From: Anaerolineae bacterium
GTDB lineage: Bacteria > Chloroflexota > Anaerolineae > UBA1429
Reading direction: 5' to 3'
DNA length: 64,000 nt
NCBI GenBank assembly: GCA_963675785.1
Contig: OY776562.1
Coordinates: 1,920,001-1,984,000 of the forward strand
In this document: positions 58,776-64,000 of the stretch, piece by piece
Layout of the letters: each line of letters opens with the position of its first letter
Numbering within the stretch: position 1 is the first letter of the stretch
The notes under the pieces: generated by a model
Database searches by the model: none
Told to the model about the DNA's origin: nothing
What the model saw: the letters and a program-made list of their open reading frames with translations, nothing else
Position numbers and translations under genes: made by a program

Positions 58776-60512
58776 CTAGATCCCGCCATTGGGTTCAAAG
58801 CGCTTCCGCGCCAACTTGCCTGTGCCCCACAGCAACAGCGTTATACCTGGCAACACGCAGCCCCAGGCAATCAAGGACAACTCTATCGAGGTCGTGTTCA
58901 CCAGGAAGGGTTCACCAGACAAACGCGACAACACCCTGGCCAAGAGTATGAGCGCAGCCAACCCCAAACCTTGCGCCAAAGGCCAGGCGCTTGCTACCAC
59001 AACACCTGCCAAGCGTCCACCGGCTTTGGAGGAAGCAAGATAGAGAACAGCCCCACACCAGCCTAATAAAGCCGAGGCCAAGGGTCCAATGAACGAAAAG
59101 ACCAGAGGTTTGCTGGTGATCGTCACCTCACCCAAGCGCAGTAGGATATAGAGCGCATGTCCCCCTCCCAATATCAGGCCCACTAGCAAAGCTGCTAACA
59201 ATTGTTGGCGAGTCAATGAGGAACGCCGCCACCTCAACAACCCAATGAGCAACGCAACAATGGAGAAGACGATGCTGGACAGCGGCGTGCCTGTGTCGTT
59301 GAGATAAACCAGCGTATGATCCAACCCATCGCCCAAAGTGCTAAACACGGTTTGTACTAGGGGAGCTTGTTGTGACAGATGTAAAGTGAGGTCGCCCCCA
59401 TCTTGCACCAGCAGCACCAGCCGATCCGTGCCTACTACCGCCGTCTGCAAGTCCGCGTTGTAATAGCGCTGGCCCTCACGCACCGCCGTATAGTCCTCGA
59501 CTGAGACATATTCATACTCGGCCGCATCCTCCAGACGAATGAGCGCCACCCCGCTGGGTACACCACTGAGGCGCACCAAACGTGTGCCATCCTCGAGGGT
59601 CGCATCCTCTTGCACCACATAGGGTGCCGTGTTATTCAACGCCAGGCGCGGATCGCCCAACATGATGACTAATCCAGTCGTTGCATAGCCTTGTTCCGCA
59701 GCCTCATTTTGCAGCGCCACCACCTGCCCCACCGTGAACCCTGTCCAGGTTTGGGCAAAAGGAGCTGCCTCGAACACGCCGGGCACATAGCCAGAATTCG
59801 GGCTGGTGGCTAAACCAACATACGCCACTGCACCACGCTCTATCATGGTTAACGCCATATTCTCAGGCCCGCTCCAAAGGTTTGTCGTCTCACAGGCAGC
59901 CGTCCCTACCAGACAGGCACCGAGTTCAGGAATATCGACAGAATCAAAGCCAACATAGGTGCTGGCATCCAAGCCCCAATAACTGGGTCCACCATGCCCC
60001 ACATAGGAGAGATAAGAGGTACTACTCAAAGCCAAAGTGAGAGAGGTCGAATTCAACGCAGTGGTTGCGCCATCCTCCGCAATGATTATCCCCTCCTCGA
60101 CATGTGATTCGGGATCGGCCCCATGCACGCAATACATCAGCCCATCTCCCAAAGCCAAACGCCGCTGCCATAGAGTCTGCGCATCCTCCAACGTATTACC
60201 CGTAATGAGACCCAAAGCCACAACCTGTTCGGCCTCGCGAACAGTCTGCCGCACCTCGATGAGATCCTCTTCCGTGATCGTCTCGGGATCGACCACCCAG
60301 ATGATGTATTCGGGCTGGTAGGCCAGCGCTTGGTCGAGCGAATCGACCAGGGGGATCCCTTCTTCCTCCGCAATCTGCTGCGCCAGAGCAGCATAAGCAT
60401 CGCCGCCACGGCACCAAACAACTGTGGTGGACTCGCTACTCTCTGCCGCACAAAGGGGAGAAATCAAAGTCAGGGCTAGGACAAACAAGACAACGAACCT
60501 GCGAATACGCAT
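58776..60512 (-). CDS. secreted C25 (gingipain)/caspase-fold peptidase-like protein with a C-terminal multi-TM domain
   Basis: Signal peptide; YVGHGG and AACET (His/Cys dyad); GAVAYVG; LGDP; about six C-terminal hydrophobic helices. Confidence 0.6.
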   Translation of the reverse strand: MRIRRFVVLFVLALTLISPLCAAESSESTTVVWCRGGDAYAALAQQIAEEEGIPLVDSLDQALAYQPEYIIWVVDPETITEEDLIEVRQTVREAEQVVALGLITGNTLEDAQTLWQRRLALGDGLMYCVHGADPESHVEEGIIIAEDGATTALNSTSLTLALSSTSYLSYVGHGGPSYWGLDASTYVGFDSVDIPELGACLVGTAACETTNLWSGPENMALTMIERGAVAYVGLATSPNSGYVPGVFEAAPFAQTWTGFTVGQVVALQNEAAEQGYATTGLVIMLGDPRLALNNTAPYVVQEDATLEDGTRLVRLSGVPSGVALIRLEDAAEYEYVSVEDYTAVREGQRYYNADLQTAVVGTDRLVLLVQDGGDLTLHLSQQAPLVQTVFSTLGDGLDHTLVYLNDTGTPLSSIVFSIVALLIGLLRWRRSSLTRQQLLAALLVGLILGGGHALYILLRLGEVTITSKPLVFSFIGPLASALLGWCGAVLYLASSKAGGRLAGVVVASAWPLAQGLGLAALILLARVLSRLSGEPFLVNTTSIELSLIAWGCVLPGITLLLWGTGKLARKRFEPNGGI

Positions 60513-60701
60513 AGAATCCTCCTGTTACGCCGAGACAAGATGCTCAGAGCATAACAACGTTGCGCTCTCAGGTGTACGCAAAACCTCTCACAAACTACCG
60601 AAAAAGCGCCTTTATCTTGAGAGAAAAGCAAAATCATGGGGCATTCCTGAATCTATATCAGAAATGCCCCTCTTTTCCGCAATGCAAAGGCCCTATTCTT
60701 T

Positions 60702-63700
60702 TCAGTCGCCCAGGCTCAAACGCACTGTCTTGACCTCGAAAGGCCTAAAGGTCAGCGCAACGCTGTGCCCATCAGTGGGTAAAAAAGCTTCCGCCTCTTC
60801 CAACATGTTGGTCTGGTTAGCCTGTTGCACCGCCAGTGGCGTATGCAGCACGCACTTGGCCGCCGTGTTCTGGGATTCGTACAACCTTACGATCAAATCG
60901 CCCGAGCCATCATCGGCTCGTTTCACCGTCTCCAGAATCACATTGGCATATGCGAAATTCCAGGGATTCTTGTTGGCCAGCGTCTCGCTCATCTCCACAG
61001 TAAACAGGCTGGCTGTGCCAGAATCCCCCTCGCGCACCAGGATGGGTGTGTTGAGTTCATAGCCGTTCTGCACCACACCGCTGTCGGCAAAGGAACCGTT
61101 GTAGGCATAGCACGAATAGGTAAAGGCCTGTCGTCCCTTGTCAGCATACATATCGGGGATAACCGGCGCCTTGAGTAGGGTCAGGTTGATGCAACCGCCG
61201 TCCACGCTCACGCCGTACTTGCAATCGTTGAGCACCGCAAAGCCATGCCCGGCCTCAGCCAGGGCCGTATAGCGATGCTGGCTGACCTCGTAACGATCGG
61301 CGTCATAGCGACGCGACTTGTGCGTGGGCCGCCGAATATAGCCGAACTGAATCTCGTGCAGGGCCTCATCGGCGTGCACCCGCACGGGGAAGGCCACTTT
61401 AAGCAGCTTGTGCTGCTCCTGCCAGTCGATCTCAGTCTCGAAATCCACCCGACGGCTGTCCTGTTCCAGCGTAATTGTTTGTACCATGGGCGAATCGTGC
61501 AGTCGCCGACGCACGCGAATGCCCGCTTTCAGGAACCCTTCACTCGCCGGTGGCGCAGCCTCGCCCAGCACGATGTCGATCTCGGCCTCTTGAGCCAGCG
61601 CCACCGGCAGCGCTTCGTACATAGAGCCGATCTCCCAGGCGTCGTACTCGATGTTGACGTCCTTGTACATTTTGAAAGCATTGCAGGGGCCCTCGGCATA
61701 CTGCAAACCCGTCTCTTTATCCAGAATCTCCACGAGTTGCCCACTGGCATCCACCTGCAGACGCAGAGAGTCGTTCTCTAGCACATACTGCTCACCCAGG
61801 CGATAAGCGCGGCTGCCATAGCCTGCCCCTGGCGCAACTTCCAAGGAATCAACGAGACTGATTGTGGTATAGCCGCAAGCGGGTACGGTCGCTCGCACCA
61901 GCGTGCCCTCGTCTGTAGTCTGCGCTGGCAGCAGGTTCCCCTGCATGTCTCGTGCGCCGTTCATGCCCTGGGGCAAGCGCACCAGCACTTGGCGCTCCCA
62001 AGAAAGCGAATTGAACAGAGTCAATGCCTTACCTTCGCTCGGCGCTTGAATAGTGAACATCCCCAAAGCCGCATCGGTCAGGCTGCTGGCGTCTGCTATG
62101 ACCTCCTCAAAATCGCGGGCAGCCTCCTCATTGACGCGAGTGATCGAAGTGCCGGCCAGCACGTCGTGGAACTGGTTAAAGAGCACCTTTTTCCACAAGA
62201 CCGTCAGTTCCTCCGCCGGGTAAACCATTGGCGCCAAGGTCGACCAGAATTCGGCCTCGTGCAGCGCCGTTTCTGCCCGACGATTGCCTTTTTTCAGCTT
62301 GGCCAGAGAGGTATAGGCCCCGCGATGCCATTGCAAATACAACTCGCCCACATAGCGGTTCTTGGGCTCTCCCTTACGCTCGATGGCCTCGAAAAAAGCG
62401 ATGGGGCTATCCAGCCTGGTTCTCGGGGCCCCCTCCAGATCACTTACTCGCCGTGCCAGCTCATAGATGTCTCGGGTGGGCCCGCCGCCACCGTCGCCAT
62501 AGCCAAAGGGAAACATGAACGTGTCGATATCCTCCTGCTGATTGCGATCCTGCGTCCAACGTTGCACCAGCAGTTGGGGATCGATGCCCGAATTATTCTT
62601 CATCAGCATGTGAGACAGAATCCGGGTGCCGTCCAAGCCCTCCCACATGAAAATGTTATAGGGAAAAGGATCGGTTTCCGGGTGGCTGCGCAACAGCTTT
62701 TGGGTAGCAAAGTAACGCACACCGCAGCCGGCCATGATCTGCGGCAAAGCGGCGGAAAAGCCAAAGGAATCGGGCAGCCAGGCCATCTTGGCGGTGCAGC
62801 CGGCCTCTTCGCGGAACCACTTGGCACCCAGGGTAAACTGACGGATCAAGCTCTCGCCATTGGGAATATTGGTGTCGCATTCTACGTAAAAGGCGCCCTC
62901 GGGAATCATCTGCCCATTGGAGATTTTGGCTTGAACGCGGCTGTACAGCTCGGGATAATAGGTCTGCACCACCTCTAAAATCGGTGGCTCGCAGAGCATG
63001 AACCGATACTCGGGGTATTCGTCCATCAGCGCCAGTTGCGAAGAGAGGGTGCGGGCGCACTTGCGCTTGGTCTCTTCAAAGGGCCATTTCCAGGCCAAGT
63101 CCAGATGCGATTGGCCAAAGATGGTGAACTCGGGTGCCGTGGAACCATTGACGCATTGCATCAGCGGCGCCAAGGCCTCACGCGCTGCGATATAGCCTTC
63201 GATACGCTTTTCTGGTGGCTGCTCAAAATCCACCAAATAGGTGAACTGCTTGAGGCCATCCGCCACCCGCTGGGCTCGTAGCGACTTGTCGTCCAGCATT
63301 GAGAGCAGCTTGGTGAGGGTATAAACGTCCAGCCCCAGCTGATAGGCGGCTTCGTTCCAGATGGCATACACCGCCGGTCCCACTTTGACCTGGAACTCGG
63401 GAGGTTCGGGCACGGGCACTCGCCCTGGCGGATAGGGACCGCCGTTTTCCAAACGGGGACCATGGCCAGCATAGCTCTCGATCAAGATATCAAAGTGCTC
63501 GCCCGCTTGGGCCGAACGCGTCAGCGTGATATAGGCATGTTCCAGGTCCTTGGATCCGGCCACACGCCCGTTGACCCAAATGAGCATCTCCCCGCCCACA
63601 TCGGGGCTAAAGATGATGCGCTGCCCTTGGGCCGCCGCTGGCAAGATAATCTCGGTGCGAAACCAGCCGTATTCCCATTTCCTGCCCCAAGGAGTGCCCA

Positions 63701-63863
63701 CCGGCATGGACACAAACTCGTGCGCTAGCGCCTCTTCTGGGGTAAGCATGTCCAACGTGGTAAAGCCACTGCAAGGCACAGCTCCTAACGGGAAAAAGAA
63801 ATCCTTTTGCAGCTCTTCCAGCCAGATGGTAATGCGCTTGTCCCACTCTTTACCCAATTTCAC
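60702..63863 (-). CDS. alpha-mannosidase, GH38
   Basis: GQSHLDLAWKW, WLPDSFGFS, GYGDGGGG, GELYLQWHRG, NQFHDVLAG, LNDCKYG, FRPFEVKT. Confidence 0.95.
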   Translation of the reverse strand: MKLGKEWDKRITIWLEELQKDFFFPLGAVPCSGFTTLDMLTPEEALAHEFVSMPVGTPWGRKWEYGWFRTEIILPAAAQGQRIIFSPDVGGEMLIWVNGRVAGSKDLEHAYITLTRSAQAGEHFDILIESYAGHGPRLENGGPYPPGRVPVPEPPEFQVKVGPAVYAIWNEAAYQLGLDVYTLTKLLSMLDDKSLRAQRVADGLKQFTYLVDFEQPPEKRIEGYIAAREALAPLMQCVNGSTAPEFTIFGQSHLDLAWKWPFEETKRKCARTLSSQLALMDEYPEYRFMLCEPPILEVVQTYYPELYSRVQAKISNGQMIPEGAFYVECDTNIPNGESLIRQFTLGAKWFREEAGCTAKMAWLPDSFGFSAALPQIMAGCGVRYFATQKLLRSHPETDPFPYNIFMWEGLDGTRILSHMLMKNNSGIDPQLLVQRWTQDRNQQEDIDTFMFPFGYGDGGGGPTRDIYELARRVSDLEGAPRTRLDSPIAFFEAIERKGEPKNRYVGELYLQWHRGAYTSLAKLKKGNRRAETALHEAEFWSTLAPMVYPAEELTVLWKKVLFNQFHDVLAGTSITRVNEEAARDFEEVIADASSLTDAALGMFTIQAPSEGKALTLFNSLSWERQVLVRLPQGMNGARDMQGNLLPAQTTDEGTLVRATVPACGYTTISLVDSLEVAPGAGYGSRAYRLGEQYVLENDSLRLQVDASGQLVEILDKETGLQYAEGPCNAFKMYKDVNIEYDAWEIGSMYEALPVALAQEAEIDIVLGEAAPPASEGFLKAGIRVRRRLHDSPMVQTITLEQDSRRVDFETEIDWQEQHKLLKVAFPVRVHADEALHEIQFGYIRRPTHKSRRYDADRYEVSQHRYTALAEAGHGFAVLNDCKYGVSVDGGCINLTLLKAPVIPDMYADKGRQAFTYSCYAYNGSFADSGVVQNGYELNTPILVREGDSGTASLFTVEMSETLANKNPWNFAYANVILETVKRADDGSGDLIVRLYESQNTAAKCVLHTPLAVQQANQTNMLEEAEAFLPTDGHSVALTFRPFEVKTVRLSLGD

Positions 63864-64000
63864 GATAATTCGTTCTCCTAAAACGCTGTTGGCCCAGCAT
63901 CTCGAACTTTTTCACTCCCATAGAATAGTCGAAATCAACAAGCTGCCAGGAACACAACCGAATGCTCACCCGCGGCAATCGGTTGTATCTAGACACTTTT

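Noticed and set aside
61989-62978. 329-aa antisense ORF inside the mannosidase (and the 276-aa and 291-aa antisense ORFs elsewhere)
   Set aside because: No motifs; expected from codon bias in GC-rich genes.

Overview
Bacterial chromosomal window, GC roughly mid-50% by eye. The gene style (murA-mreB, acidic S/T/P-linker lipoproteins, GH5-like envelope hydrolases, an LPXTG protein, a kinase-STAND protein) suggests an anaerobic Chloroflexota/Anaerolineae-like organism; this is inference. Left to right it holds: (1) a response regulator / GAF histidine kinase / Ser-Thr kinase-STAND ATPase operon, truncated at the left edge; (2) two secreted GH5-like hydrolases, murA, mreB, mobA, acpP, a sugar-phosphate nucleotidyltransferase and rpsU; (3) a FadR-headed operon with five aldo/keto reductases; (4) a ~1850-aa sortase-type surface protein with eight 303-bp repeats arranged hierarchically; (5) phnDCE, several enzymes, and phoB-phoR-pstS(duplicated)-pstCAB-phoU; (6) a TetR + ABC exporter; (7) a low-GC single-gene islet (Mrr-type nuclease fused to a STAND NTPase, a candidate anti-phage gene) just downstream of tRNA-Asp; (8) three tandem 2-hydroxyacid dehydrogenase paralogues, an SDR, a membrane-anchored C25-like protease and a GH38 alpha-mannosidase. 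No CRISPR array, rRNA, integrase or transposase was seen. The strongest candidates for a second look are the tRNA-Asp nuclease-NTPase islet, the hierarchical adhesin repeats and the repeated tandem-duplication events. All calls come from motif reading, not database searches.
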